This document shows positions 35,327 through 47,363 of a stretch of 64,000 bases of DNA, piece after piece. The notes under the pieces were generated by a model. The model ran no database searches and was not told the origin of the DNA. It saw only the letters and a program-made list of their open reading frames with translations. The stretch comes from Naegleria gruberi (Eukaryota). Location: assembly GCA_000004985.1 (NCBI GenBank), contig GG738881.1. The stretch is one strand, 5' to 3'. Position 1 is the first letter of the stretch. Every line of letters begins with the position of its first letter. The translations under genes and the position numbers were made by a program.

Positions 35327-36541
35327 TTATTTGAAATTAAGTGGAATTTCACAGAGAGAACCATCAGAATATCCAACAATCAATAAAGGAATCGTACACT
35401 TGTTGAAATCAGATTCGAATTTCATACAAGAAACACCTTTCTCATCACCCATTGGAAGAAATGCAACTATTCTACCACTTTCATAATCAGTTACACGAAC
35501 TAAACCTTTAGAACAAGCCGACACAATCCATGGCTTTCTAAATTGGGAAGGAACGAATTCCATAGACGAAACTGAACCAGGATGCATGAAACCAAATTCA
35601 TTATCCGACAGAATTTCCCTCACCTCATCATCCATTTCTTCTTCATCATCCATTTCAGACATGGACATCTCAACCAATGGAACGCTTTTCAATACGACAA
35701 CGGAAGAATTAGACGAAATGGCACAAGTTTGAGAGCTACCGTAAAGCCACTTGATGATTGATGGTTTCTTTGGTAGAGACAATGGAACTATTTGCTGAGA
35801 TTCAGTATTCAGGATGATTGCCATGGATTCTAGCATACCACAAATGCAATATTTTCCATCTTCACTAAAGCTGGACATTTGGAAACTTCCTTTTATGGAA
35901 ATGTTTAGTTTGGCATAGAGGGAAGAGTCTGTGAGTAGGATGTTTCCATAGGAAGAGATGGCTAATGAGTTGGTTTTTTGATTGTAGGCCAGACAAGAGA
36001 CAGTTGACTTGAAAGTATTGTTTGTTCTCTTGAGGATTAGTTTGTTTTCTTTTGAGATGGAGAAAGTATGAACTTGATTGGAAGAAGCAACTGCAAGTTT
36101 CTTACTAGTTTGCATCCAGACCATTGATTCAATCCATTGACCACCATCGATTTCGTGCTGATCCAATTTAATCAATTCTAGGGATTGGAAAGTTTCGTCT
36201 CCCTTCTTCTGAACTTTCCACAATGAAAGAGAACCATCTTGACTCGCACAAATCACAAAGTTTCTCTCATTCTCCAACTCAACTATCAACATGCTTAATA
36301 ATCCATCTTGATGAGCATTGATTTCTCTGTGCAGAACTTTCCTATTGGTTGAATTGACCAAGACAACCTCACCATTAGCAAGTCCCAATACCAAAATTGA
36401 ATCTTGACCATGGACACATGTGTTTGGCAACCATTCCATGCATGTAATGTACTCACTCATTGGTGTGTCCAATTGCCAGGATGGCTGCAATTGTGGAAGT
36501 TTGGATTTGGCGCTCTTTTTTGCCTTCTGTGATGGTATCAT
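35327..36541 (-). CDS. WD40-repeat protein (404 aa), single exon
   Basis: Repeated WD-like units (SLSLWKV, LTDSS...). ATG at 36541, TAA stop. No specific ortholog recognised. Confidence 0.5.
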   Translation of the reverse strand: MIPSQKAKKSAKSKLPQLQPSWQLDTPMSEYITCMEWLPNTCVHGQDSILVLGLANGEVVLVNSTNRKVLHREINAHQDGLLSMLIVELENERNFVICASQDGSLSLWKVQKKGDETFQSLELIKLDQHEIDGGQWIESMVWMQTSKKLAVASSNQVHTFSISKENKLILKRTNNTFKSTVSCLAYNQKTNSLAISSYGNILLTDSSLYAKLNISIKGSFQMSSFSEDGKYCICGMLESMAIILNTESQQIVPLSLPKKPSIIKWLYGSSQTCAISSNSSVVVLKSVPLVEMSMSEMDDEEEMDDEVREILSDNEFGFMHPGSVSSMEFVPSQFRKPWIVSACSKGLVRVTDYESGRIVAFLPMGDEKGVSCMKFESDFNKCTIPLLIVGYSDGSLCEIPLNFK

Positions 36542-36868
36542 GACGAAAAACTAAAGTAACCGACAAATTACAAGCTAAATTGCTCAGAAAATAAAAATCT
36601 GTGAAAAAGTATGGAGAGGAATTTGACGTATTTTTTCACCAATTATTCGCCAATTCTGGTGGAGCGGTTGTGGAGGTAAAAAATTTTGCGTCATTTGTGT
36701 AAATTACAATGGCAAATGATGCAGGTTAAAGGTGAGTACATGAGGAGTCCATGATTTGTTGAAGGTGTAGTGTGGGAAATATTTAAAAACAAAAATTGGA
36801 ATATTACTGAGTCACTCAAGAACAAATAGAAAAAGAATAAGACACATTTTTCACACTAGTAAATTCAG

Positions 36869-37973
36869 ATGAAGAAGGTTCCAGTTTCAGTCATTACAGG
36901 TTTCTTAGGAAGTGGAAAGACTACTTTGATTAACTACATTCTCACTCAACCTCATGGATACAAGATTGCCATCATTGAGAATGAATTTGGGGAAGTTGGA
37001 ATTGATGACGCATTGGTTGTTCAAGCCAATGAAGAAATATTCGAAATGAATAATGGATGTATTTGTTGTACTGTTCGTGGTGATTTGATTGTAGGTTTTG
37101 CACACCTTTTTTCTCAATTTTTAATATTTCCAAATTTGTAACATTTAAACTGTGCATAATTATCAGAGAATTTTGGGAAGATTAGCAAAGAGAAAGGATA
37201 AATTCGATTACATTCTCGTTGAGACATCAGGTATGGCTGACCCAGCTCCTGTCGCTCAAACATTCTTTGTTGATGATGACATTTCTGAACAATATTATTT
37301 AGATGGAATCATTACCATAGTGGATGCCAAACATATTTTACAACATTTATTAGAAGAAAGGCCAAAAGATGAAGAAAATGAAAGTGTTGAACAAATTGCC
37401 TTTGCTGATCGAATCATTTTAAACAAGATTGACTTGTTGAAACAAGACGAAAGTTCAGTATCTTTAGAAGAGGTCAAGAAACACATTCAATCAGTCAACA
37501 AATTTGCTCCAATCATTGAAACCAATCATTCCATCATTCCAGATCTTTCCTCTCTCCTCAACATTCGTTCATTCGATGTACAAAAGATTTTACAAATGGA
37601 TCCAGACTTCCTCAAAGATATGGAACATACTCATGATACTTCTGTTGGTTCTGTAGCCATTGTCGAGAAGGGAATGATCAACCAACAATTATTCTCAAGA
37701 TGGTTAAGAGGATTATTGAGTGAAAAGGGTGCAGACATTTACAGATCTAAGGGAATTGTAAAATCTCAAGAGTTGGCTGATGAAGATTCTCAAATTACAA
37801 ATTCAAATGAAGAATTTGTTATGGTTTTCCAAGGAGTTCACATGATGATGGATATGAAAGTGATGCCAGTTGCCAAATCTAAAGTTGGCAATGTCAACAA
37901 GTTAGTTTTTATTGGAAAGAATTTGAATAGACAAGAATTGGAACAAGGTTTCAGAAATTGTTTACAAGAATAA
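36869..37973 (+). CDS. CobW/COG0523-family (ZNG1/CBWD-like) metal-chaperone GTPase, two exons: about 36869-37090 and 37167-37973
   Basis: P-loop GFLGSGKTTL, CxCC metal motif GCICCTV, ...GDLI|RILGRLAKRKDKFDYILVETSGMADP after removing a 76-nt intron (gtaggt...attatcag). C-terminal CobW_C-like domain. TAA stop. Confidence 0.75.
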
Positions 37974-37999
37974 ATTACACTACTTTTCCACTAATGAAT

Positions 38000-38743
38000 T
38001 TAATCCAACATCCTTCTCACTCCATTTCTATTCGTTGGAGAATAAGTTGCTGCAATTCTCTCAACTAGCTTCAAAACCTCAGTTGGACTTGCCTTCTCTG
38101 AAATTCCCAATTCTGAACGATCTCTCAGGACACATCCATTCTTTTGGATGCAGAGTCCAATTCCTACTTGAATGGTGGCAGCTGGTGCATTGGATCCCCA
38201 ACAAACATCCACCAAGTTACAACCATAATAATAGAAACGTTGGTCACAAGAAGAGAAAACTTGACCTTGGTGTGGAAAGTTGGACATGCAATCAAGGACA
38301 CAAGCTACACATTTTTGTGATTGAATTCCTTTGAATGGAACACGATCTCCAACTTGTTTGTTGAGTGGTCCAGTAATTTTGTAGTAATCTGGATTGGCAT
38401 CGACATTTGACTTGGCAGTTGTTGAGATGGCATTGTAGACAAGTAGAGTATCACCTGTAACTTCGTTTTCCTTTGGAGTCATTAACATGAGTGTAGTGGC
38501 TCCTCCTTTCTTCTTTCCATTATTCGAAAGTAGAGTATTACTCTTCAATGTTAAATGAACATGTTCTTCATTAGATGCATAGGAAAGAACAACCCCTCCA
38601 CGTCCACGATTAGCAGTGCTGTAACCTGGATTTTCAGGTCCTCTACATTGACTGGCAGTTGACTCAACATGTGCTGTCAAGAAATATACAGACAACAGCA
38701 TGATACAGATGGACACCACCATCCCAACACTATGTTTTAACAT
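38000..38743 (-). CDS. Secreted Cys-containing protein of unknown function (247 aa), intronless
   Basis: Signal peptide MLKHSVGMVVSICIMLLSVYFLTAHVES. No recognised eukaryotic housekeeping domain. The composition looks like a small secreted enzyme or toxin. Confidence 0.4.
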   Translation of the reverse strand: MLKHSVGMVVSICIMLLSVYFLTAHVESTASQCRGPENPGYSTANRGRGGVVLSYASNEEHVHLTLKSNTLLSNNGKKKGGATTLMLMTPKENEVTGDTLLVYNAISTTAKSNVDANPDYYKITGPLNKQVGDRVPFKGIQSQKCVACVLDCMSNFPHQGQVFSSCDQRFYYYGCNLVDVCWGSNAPAATIQVGIGLCIQKNGCVLRDRSELGISEKASPTEVLKLVERIAATYSPTNRNGVRRMLD

Positions 38744-38955
38744 TTTTTCAAGTATGATGGTTACAGTGGTTGTTAATACCGAACTGTCGCTTAGTGACCT
38801 GATGATTATGCGGATAATGTTTTTTGTGCGAAATTATGGATGTTTGATTACAAATTGAAATAAATAGTTCTTTAAATGCAATTTCCGTATTTATTGCATT
38901 ATTTGTAATCATTTTTCACAATCAATATATTTTACAATAATTCCACTTCATTTGT

Positions 38956-40713
38956 TCATGGAGTTCCTTGATTATTGTACAATTGTTCCAAATCCTTTTC
39001 ACAATAATTAGAACAGTAATCGTAGAGTACTTTGGCCAACAAATTGCTATCCTTGTCTGGAGCTTTGAATCCATTTTGTTTGTACTCCTTGATTGAATTC
39101 AAGAGTCCACTATGAGTGGTTTGACTGAGTTTTTTCAGAGCAGATGAAGTGCTTGTGAGAATATTCTTGTTGAGCATTGCTCCAATGTTGAAAGAACGAG
39201 TTTGGACATAACGAACTCTATTCTTATCCTGTAATAATTAAGATAATAATTAAATATTAAATAAACATGATAAATAAACAGTTATTCAAATAATACTTAC
39301 AACCATTTTGTAAATGCGTGATGAAACGAGTGCACTCTTGGCACTATTCTTTTCAAAATCACTAGATTTGATGAGGAATGAATTTTCCACCATCTTTTCT
39401 CCAATAAATTCACTCTTGCTTGAAATGACAAGGCCAATTGTTCTGGAATCAAATTTGGAGTTCAATAAAACAGCGCCATACTTGCCAGTGGATGAGCTCT
39501 TATTGATCGGTATGTACTTGAGGTATTCAACTTTTGGCAGAAGGGTGTCAAAGTGATATTCTGAATAGGTTGCCTTGACAACATCATCCATGGAGGCGTT
39601 AACATAACCAATGGTCTTGTTATTAATCAAAGCAAGGTTTTCCTTTGAGAAATCTTCATTGGATGACAATTGAATAATACTTGGCATGTCAGTAAATGTG
39701 ACATTCCAATGGGTACTATGTTCCAAACACATCCATCTTGTAAATCTCCAATCATTTTCAATCACTGTTCCTGTATTCAAATCTTGACTACCAAACTTGT
39801 ACTCTTTTGCCTTCTCGTGAACTTCTTTCTTTTTCTTGTAAATTTCCAAAACATATTTTGGAAGAGTTTGATTACTAATGCTTGAATTTAACCATTTTTG
39901 AACAATCTTCTTTTTCTTTTGTTCAAAAAGTGAGAACCAATCGCTCAATTCCAATAGGAACATATCACAAATGATTTGAATCTCATCCAAGACACCCACT
40001 GTTTTAGTATCACCTGGTTCACGTCTGAGAACTTGTTCTACCTGATTATTACAAAATTCCATTTGTGAATGTAAGAATTCTCTCAAAGATTCATGTCTAA
40101 ACTCACGATAACTCAAATTCTTTGGAATGTTTTTCAAATAGAATAGAGTTTGATCTGGTGTTTCGCTTTTTTGCTTTTCAACTTCAAGAATATCAAATGC
40201 CATTCTATTTTGTAATATTTGTTGACAGAACTTGTCCAATCTCAATTGAACATCGAACAAGTTTTTAAAAATCTTGTTTGTGTAAACTTTCTCAGTAACT
40301 GGGTCAAGGAAATATTCAAGAAAGAGAAACTTGATTTCGAATTCGTTAGCCAAACTAAATCTTCTTTCTACAAATTCAAGAAAGTGATTTCGTAATTCGA
40401 ATACACTTTGTACTTCCAAATCTTCACCCGAAAGATTTTCCTCTGATGAATTTGTTGAAGTAGTTTCGTTTATCATAATGGAACCAAAACTTGTTGGTGA
40501 CGTTGGAAAGTTTGCCGAATCTCCACTGCTAGTTGATAATGTCTGACTATTCGACATTGATAATAATCCAGGTGAAGAAAGTGATGAACTAGACGAAACA
40601 GCAGGTAATTGCTTGGAAGATGGGACAAAGAAAGGATGAAGCAGAATGGTCACTGGCAATCTGACAGATGCAGCAGCTGACTTGTCATTTGATGAGCTCG
40701 ATGTGGTACTCAT
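38956..40713 (-). CDS. Hypothetical S/T-rich protein, two exons: about 39301-40713 and 38956-39228
   Basis: ORFs 39286..40713 and 38956..39177 are joined by a 72-nt gtaagt...attacag intron (phase 0), giving ...RIYKMV|DKNRVRYVQTRSFNIGAMLNK... . No domain recognised. Confidence 0.45.
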
Positions 40714-41369
40714 GGTATTCGTTAGGTTGTTTTTTTTCTATTCGAAAAGCAAGCAATTCTTGATAAAACCAACTTTCATGGCCCAACAAATCTTCTCATA
40801 GCCTTCTAAATTAGGTGTACTCTAACTATATGGAAATACCATGAATTTTGAAGGAATAATTTCATCAGTCGTGCTTGCCGAGCATGGCAAATAAAAGAGA
40901 AGAGTTGGTCATGTACTCGTGAAGGATTGGTCTAAAATTGCATCATCATCATGATGAATTATTTTTGTATTTAAATGTTTTAATATATTCGTGATGATGA
41001 GAAAAAGGTTTGTTTGGTTTAGGCTCGGTATTTGAATAATCAAACGTTGTTTGAATACTTATAATTTCGGAAGGGATAATTAAGAATTTTGTATTATGTT
41101 GCAAGTTTGAATTGTTGAGCAGCCATCATAGTTTCCAGTTGAATTGGTTTTGTTTATTTTCTTTGTGTTTAGTAAGGCTTGGAATTGAGCGCCAAAAGAT
41201 ATCGTAAATTTTGAAAACAATAAAAAAATAAAAAGACTGTAGATCCATGCCGTGATTTATTCAATAAATAATTAATATTTTAGTTCAATATAATGGTATA
41301 TAAGGAAACGCCATGGTTATTATCAAAAGGAGATGATGTTTTAGATGCTCGAAGAGGTAAACTTCCCGG

Positions 41370-41993
41370 ATGAGCAACAAATGTTCAAAAAGTCAAGCTA
41401 CTTGTGTCAAATTGTTCTTCAGGTCATCAAATTTAGTTCAACCCTTGTTGATTGACAAAACAGTGAAAAAAATCAAAACTATTGGAATGTGGAAGGGTTC
41501 TTTGTTGAATTGCACAAGACTTTTGTTTGTTGCATTGTTGATTCTTGTAGCATTATTAATCTCACCAACAAGGACACTCACTATTAGGACTGTAAATAAT
41601 TTAAATAATAATGATGGATTGAGCAAACACTCAATAGACAAAGACAACAACAATCAAGTGGGAATTGACCTAGTGTCGAATAGAGGGACACTACATCAAC
41701 GAATGGCATTGGAATCACCCAACCCCGTGAATGCTAGTACTAGTAGTAACAACACACTCTATGCCTCCAATAGTATGGAAAGGGCAACATCAACAACTCA
41801 ATCAGCAGGTGCTTTGGCAGCTCTAATAGTGGCTACAACTGTAATGATTGGTCTCACTCTTGTGATCATTATTTTCATTGCAATTTTTATGATTTATGCT
41901 AGAAGAAAGGAAGTTCTGAATAGGAAGGCTTCATTACACAATGATATTGTGAATACTAACAAAGTTGTTATTGAAATTAGTCAAGGTTTATAA
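41370..41993 (+). CDS. Small type-I membrane protein (probable true start at an internal ATG MWKGSLLN...)
   Basis: N-terminal hydrophobic signal, N/S/T-rich ectodomain, TM helix ALAALIVATTVMIGLTLVIIIFIAIFMIYA then RRKE. Confidence 0.35.
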   Translation: MSNKCSKSQATCVKLFFRSSNLVQPLLIDKTVKKIKTIGMWKGSLLNCTRLLFVALLILVALLISPTRTLTIRTVNNLNNNDGLSKHSIDKDNNNQVGIDLVSNRGTLHQRMALESPNPVNASTSSNNTLYASNSMERATSTTQSAGALAALIVATTVMIGLTLVIIIFIAIFMIYARRKEVLNRKASLHNDIVNTNKVVIEISQGL

Positions 41994-42460
41994 TGATTTG
42001 AATAAACCTTGTGTCTGCATTGATTTATTCTCTTCTCCTGTAGGTGCTAGGTGAACTGAAGAACTTCTAAAGTGAGCTCAACATTTCAGAAAATTCTGAA
42101 ACAATTTCCTCATATAGCATCACCTTCCAATGATATCCATTTTCGACATTTTAGAATTTGAAAACAATAATCAACATGAAATTCCAGAACTCATGAAGTG
42201 ATTGTTTTATGAGAATTGAGTTACTTGGTTCCTTGCCTTATTTATTGCAGAGTTCATAGGTCGAGTTATCATACTTTTCTTGTGTTTGCTTTCATTGCAA
42301 ATTCGAAGTTATCGTAGTAAATGACGTGGATTTTTCCGTTCAATATTGAGGATACTTCCAATACACCAACTCCTCTAGATTTTTCACACAACGTTTTAAA
42401 ATTGGAGTTTGTTAATAACTGTTCCATTTGTGTTAAATTGTTAAATTCCATTACAAAAAA

Positions 42461-44140
42461 ATGATTCAACATCTCGATCAAGACTTGTTCAGTTATTTGG
42501 TTTCCTTTCTTCCGAGAAGTGATCGTGCCATTCTGGTGGAGAATTTAAAACACCTGAATCGATACTTTTTCAAATTATTCGATCCATCTTCATCAAACAA
42601 GAACTCTGAATTAAATTCTTCAACTGTTTTGAGAGAAGAAGAATTTGATGATTGTTTGCATTCGGAGAGTTTGATGAAAATATTTGATAATTTGTACATT
42701 CCAACAATTCATGTGAAAGCGAATGTTGTTCAAGGTGGAGGAGAGTTAATGGAGGAAATGATTGGGATTTTGAAAAGATCGGAAGGAGTGGAATGTTTAT
42801 TAGGCTCCGATAAGGAATTTCTTGTGGAATTGGAATTTCCTGATGAGAAGATGATGCATGGGAATGGAAGATATTCAAATATTTGGGAATTATTGGAAAG
42901 ATCATGTAAATATTGGGTTGATGCAAGAGTTTCCTTGATTAAATTATTTACAGAGTGGAAATATTCGAAAAAGAGTTTAAATTCAGAAACTCTGAGCGAA
43001 TATTCGAATAGAAATGGTTTGATATTGAATGTTTGTCGATTAGTGAACAAGTTTCGAATTCATTTAATACTGGATAATGATACATATTCTAACCATGATA
43101 TATGGAAATATTCAGAAACGGTCGGCTTTCAAAAAGGATATTTTCGCGTTTCAGATAACTCAATTCCAGATATGGCCATCTCAATTCTTGCAAACATGAT
43201 GAGCCAGTTAATTTTACCCAAGATGGACACTTTTTGTAACTTGCCACTCGAGGGATTATATTCTGAAATGGAAATGAAATATATTCGAGCTACCATGAGA
43301 CTCAATCAATGGAATTTGCTCTACAAATTTCTAAATATTCAGCAGAATATCATTTGTAGACATATGAGCAAGGTGTTCCACTCAAACAGCTTGACCATTG
43401 TCAAACAAACTACTAAGAGTGAATTGTATCATAAGAATGCTGAGGATATCATTTATATTTTCTCACTCATTCCAATGGATTTATTGCAAACTGTTCATAG
43501 AATTCGACTCGTCAAGATCTTTCTAGAAAATTTCTACTCGAGTGAGTTGAATATTTCAGATGAATATAGAGAAAAGTACATTCAGAAATTCCCTGATGAT
43601 GCCATGCATTCAAATGGTATTCATATATTCGATTCCAGTTCATCCTCTCCACTAGTTTCCAATCAGAAAATTCAATTCACATTCGAAACTGTTCAATTCT
43701 TTAAAAAGTGTTTTGCTACCATTCGACAAAATTGTTTCTACATGCCCAAATATCCAAGCCTCTCCCTAAAAGCAATTTGTCACGAAATTAGTGATGATTT
43801 AATTTACACTGAAGATACCACAATTGGAAAAATTGACAGAATTTGTGTGGAAAATTGTATTAGAGGAGTGACAGCTCCAATATTCTTCATTCCATGTGTT
43901 ACTTATTGGAGTATGGTAGGATTGACTTGTTCATGTATTAATCCCTATCTCTATAAGGATGGAAAGAGTACAATCATGTCATGTTTGGATTATGACATTT
44001 TTAATTATGTATTTTGGTCAACTGGTTGTTACCCTTATTCAATCTGTACTTGTTGTCTTCCTTTGGAATATGCAGAAGTGGAACAGAGAAGAATTGACGA
44101 TAACAAGTTCAGACATCATACTACTTGCAATATTTTGTAA
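42461..44140 (+). CDS. F-box-like domain protein (559 aa), single exon
   Basis: N-terminus LDQDLFSYLVSFLPRSDRAILVENLKHLNRYFFKL resembles an F-box, as in the 4524 and 60575 genes. TAA stop. Confidence 0.5.
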   Translation: MIQHLDQDLFSYLVSFLPRSDRAILVENLKHLNRYFFKLFDPSSSNKNSELNSSTVLREEEFDDCLHSESLMKIFDNLYIPTIHVKANVVQGGGELMEEMIGILKRSEGVECLLGSDKEFLVELEFPDEKMMHGNGRYSNIWELLERSCKYWVDARVSLIKLFTEWKYSKKSLNSETLSEYSNRNGLILNVCRLVNKFRIHLILDNDTYSNHDIWKYSETVGFQKGYFRVSDNSIPDMAISILANMMSQLILPKMDTFCNLPLEGLYSEMEMKYIRATMRLNQWNLLYKFLNIQQNIICRHMSKVFHSNSLTIVKQTTKSELYHKNAEDIIYIFSLIPMDLLQTVHRIRLVKIFLENFYSSELNISDEYREKYIQKFPDDAMHSNGIHIFDSSSSSPLVSNQKIQFTFETVQFFKKCFATIRQNCFYMPKYPSLSLKAICHEISDDLIYTEDTTIGKIDRICVENCIRGVTAPIFFIPCVTYWSMVGLTCSCINPYLYKDGKSTIMSCLDYDIFNYVFWSTGCYPYSICTCCLPLEYAEVEQRRIDDNKFRHHTTCNIL

Positions 44141-44196
44141 ACTCTTTACTCCTTATTAAATGAAGGGTTGTAAAAACTCTTTACTGGAATGGAGAA

Positions 44197-45741
44197 TTAC
44201 AGCTCATCAAGCAATTCAGCAAGTTTCTCCTTTGCAGCTTCATTTCCTTGAGCAGCCGACTTTTCAAACCACCAAATTGCCAATCCATCTGAAACTGCAT
44301 TCGAATCTTCCTTTGCAAAACCATAATAATAGAGACATCCCAAGTAGTACTGCGCATCAGAATTACCCTGACGTGCAGATTTCTCCAGCCATTCCTTTGC
44401 CTTATCATAATCTTGCTCTACACCCATTCCATTCAGATATAAACCTCCAAGATTCTTCTGACCTAGTGCATGACCTTGGTTGGCCGATTTTTCAAATAAT
44501 TCCCTTGCCTTCTTGTGGTTAATCTCACCGGCTAATCCATTGCTGTAGATACATCCGAGATCGTTGAGTGCATCTGGATTATTGGAGGCCTTTTCAAACC
44601 ATGATTTTGCCGTTAGAATATCAGATTTTACTCCCTTACCAGTTTGGTATAAACATCCGAGTTGATATTGAGCTATGGAGTTTCCCTGATTGGCAGATTG
44701 TTCTAGCCAATGAATGGCACGAGAAATTCTATTCGATTTGATATTTTTCAATCCCATTTGTAATTGATAGGTTTCGTCTTGTTCACACAAATTTCTAAAC
44801 TTGGATCGTGACAATTGATCCCAAAATTTCTGATCCATTTTCAATATTGAATGATGATCGTTGGAACTTTCCTTAAATCTATCTACTCGCACACTATCCA
44901 GAAACCAGTCAATTTCAGCATCCATGCCAATCACATCAAATTCATGAGCTTGTTTGACATTTGGCAAGTTCTTTAACACTTCTTGCAATTCAACAATCTT
45001 TTCAGTTACTATTTTCAAGCTCTGTACTGGCTCCTCTTCTTTCAACCAATCATTCCATTCTCTTTTTACACGTTTAAGCTTGGTCAATTCTGTCAACTTT
45101 TGCTCAGAATAAATATTTACAGATTTCTTCATTTCCAATTTACAATTTTCCAACTTTTTAAACATTTCATCAAATAACATGTCAATTCTCGATTCTATCA
45201 ATGGAACTTTCTGTCTGACAAGTTCACATGCTTGGTCAATTGATTCATCCTGACATTGATACTCATTCTCAACACGATTCATGAAATTTTGCCAATATTC
45301 AGTCCAATCCCTTGTTAAATTCATACTCTTTTCCATTTCTTCTCTATTTACATTATTGGAATTACTCAAACTTTCATTCAAACTAAAAATCTGAAACCAG
45401 CTCGAAGTTGAAGAATTTTTATTGGAAGAAACAGCAGAACCCTTCGAGCTAAGCAAACTCTTTGAACTATTTGTGGGCGAAACACTAGGAGGACGTCTAC
45501 CATTCGGTATTCCATTTGGTTGGGCCGGTAGAGGACATGTCGATGTTGAAATTTCATTACTAAGGCATTCATGATCAAGATGGCCTGGAGAGGCAGCTGA
45601 TGAATTCTTCCCCGAGGAGGAGGAGGATGAAGATGTTGTTGTCTTTATCAATGATGAATCGACAATCATTAAGGAAGAAGACAAGTGCTCCACAATCGAT
45701 TGTATCAACATTTTCTTTGATGATTTGCATAACTCACACAA
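44197..45741 (-). CDS. Sel1-like repeat (SLR/TPR-like) protein with S-rich N-terminus and coiled coil
   Basis: At least 5 tandem Sel1 repeats at the C-terminus (AQYQLGCLYQTGKGVKSD..A..WFEKAS..., ALNDLGCIYSNG..., ALGQKNLGGLYLNGMGVEQDYDKAKEWLEKSA..., AQYYLGCLYYYG...). The likely true start is an internal ATG (MLIQSIVEH...). TAA stop. Confidence 0.65.
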   Translation of the reverse strand: MCELCKSSKKMLIQSIVEHLSSSLMIVDSSLIKTTTSSSSSSSGKNSSAASPGHLDHECLSNEISTSTCPLPAQPNGIPNGRRPPSVSPTNSSKSLLSSKGSAVSSNKNSSTSSWFQIFSLNESLSNSNNVNREEMEKSMNLTRDWTEYWQNFMNRVENEYQCQDESIDQACELVRQKVPLIESRIDMLFDEMFKKLENCKLEMKKSVNIYSEQKLTELTKLKRVKREWNDWLKEEEPVQSLKIVTEKIVELQEVLKNLPNVKQAHEFDVIGMDAEIDWFLDSVRVDRFKESSNDHHSILKMDQKFWDQLSRSKFRNLCEQDETYQLQMGLKNIKSNRISRAIHWLEQSANQGNSIAQYQLGCLYQTGKGVKSDILTAKSWFEKASNNPDALNDLGCIYSNGLAGEINHKKARELFEKSANQGHALGQKNLGGLYLNGMGVEQDYDKAKEWLEKSARQGNSDAQYYLGCLYYYGFAKEDSNAVSDGLAIWWFEKSAAQGNEAAKEKLAELLDEL

Positions 45742-46287
45742 TGAGAGTGTGAGCTTTTAACATCAACACTACAAACCCCCTCAGTTTGCACTCCTCGCTC
45801 ACAACAAACACAACAAACAATGAAGGAGGATAATGATCAGGGCGGGCACTTGTGTTAATAAGGACAAAAAAGGAACAGTTAAACGCTTAATGCATAAGCA
45901 AGGAAGAGTCGATATTCTTATCTTCCTGAATGGCTGTAAATGGGTTCCAAAAGTGGGCATGCTCATTGGAGTTTTAATACAATGGCAGTTATCCTGTAAA
46001 GTGTGGAAAATTTAAGGCAATGTTACACTAGAGCTGTGGTGTGTGTTGTATTGTATTGTGTGCACGTACTGTTATATTGAGAGAAATGGAGGTGAGCTCT
46101 TCATGATTGTTGTCAAAACAGAAAGGAATCCATTCATAGGTTGATACAATTCCTTCATATACAGTTGAGCCATTCTTTATTTCCTCATTTTGAAACGGCT
46201 GTAGAATTAAGGAGCAATAAGGATAACAAGGTGGAATATTCCTTAATCTTGATTAGTGTTGTGGAGAAACAGTAAATTGAGCATTTT

Positions 46288-47363
46288 TTACAAAATCAAG
46301 AAATTTATGAAAATTACAAAAATTATTGAGAAAGAATTCAATAATTGAATCTGCCAAGATGAAATTTGACTCACTGATCCACTACTCAATATCTTGTTCG
46401 TAATTAGTGATGAAAATGGTGTAATATCTCCATAAACTTTCAGATAACACGATGAGCATAATTTCAGAGCTTTCAACTCTTTCATTCTGGAATAAATTGC
46501 ATTCGAATTGTAGAGAAAGGTGTGGCTTGTTTGGTTGAGGATGGATTGCCAGCCACTTTCGAATGATGGGTAAGAAATGATGGTGGCCTTTTTCAGATTG
46601 GATTTGGCCCAAGTTTCGTATGTGGATTTGGTCACGACCGAAACTATGACTCCATTCTTGTCCATTTCCTTTTCGTTTGCAATGGAAATTGTGGAATTAT
46701 CCTTTTCTGATCGAATAAATCCAGCTCCACTGGCAGCATATGGACCTATCTCAGTTTGAATAGTTTATAATAGTAAAAAAACTTTCGAATACATTAAAAT
46801 GACTTACAGAGTAAGGTAACTTGAGTTTTTCTGTCTTCTGCCCAATTGACTGCTGCAATTGCAACATCACAAACTCCAGAATTTACTGCTTCTTTCATGA
46901 CTTCGAATACTCCATTCGAAACATCGAGTGGAATCATTGTTCCATTCAATTCAGAATGTGTGGAAGGATATTGATTTCGAATAGTTTGAATCAATAATCT
47001 GGCTGCCATATTATTAAAAACCATTCGAGTTGTATCGGCCGATTTTTCATAACATAAATTCAAGTTTAGTTTAGTATAGTTGAAAGTGGCTGGAAATTCC
47101 AAACCACTTCTACACGAATCGTCTCCTGGAAACATGAAACCAACTTCTGTCATGTATTGCATCCATTCCTTACTGTGGACGTATCTATTTCATTCGAATG
47201 TGTATGTTTTTATTAGAAAGTTTGGAATAATTGAAGGATCTTACCTTTGGGTAGCTATGGAAATGACATCCACAAAATTTTGAGAAACATAAACTTGACC
47301 ATAACTATTCGAAATGGTAAACATCACGATGATGAATGCTGCGCAGAGAATTAATTTCAGCAT
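46288..47363 (-). CDS. Secreted bacterial-type solute-binding-protein family 3 (SBP_bac_3/PBPb, periplasmic binding protein type 2)-like protein with C-terminal hydrophobic tail, three exons (about 47245-47363, 46808-47184, 46288-46744)
   Basis: Exon 1 encodes the signal peptide MLKLILCAAFIIVMFTISNSYG. Exons 2-3 (ORFs 46794..47162 and 46288..46665) encode ...IPLDVSNGVFEVMKEAVNSGVCDVAIAAVNWAEDRKTQVTLL...PYAASGAGFIRSEKDNSTISIANEKEMDKNGVIVSVVTKSTYETWAKSNL..., typical of amino-acid-binding PBPs. Introns are about 60 and about 63 nt, gtaag..ag. Coordinates +/-2. Confidence 0.55.

Noticed and set aside
38000-38743. Assigning the secreted 247-aa protein to a specific enzyme family (GH75 chitosanase-like was considered)
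   Set aside because: No diagnostic motif could be verified by eye. It is left as a secreted hypothetical protein and flagged only as a candidate foreign gene.
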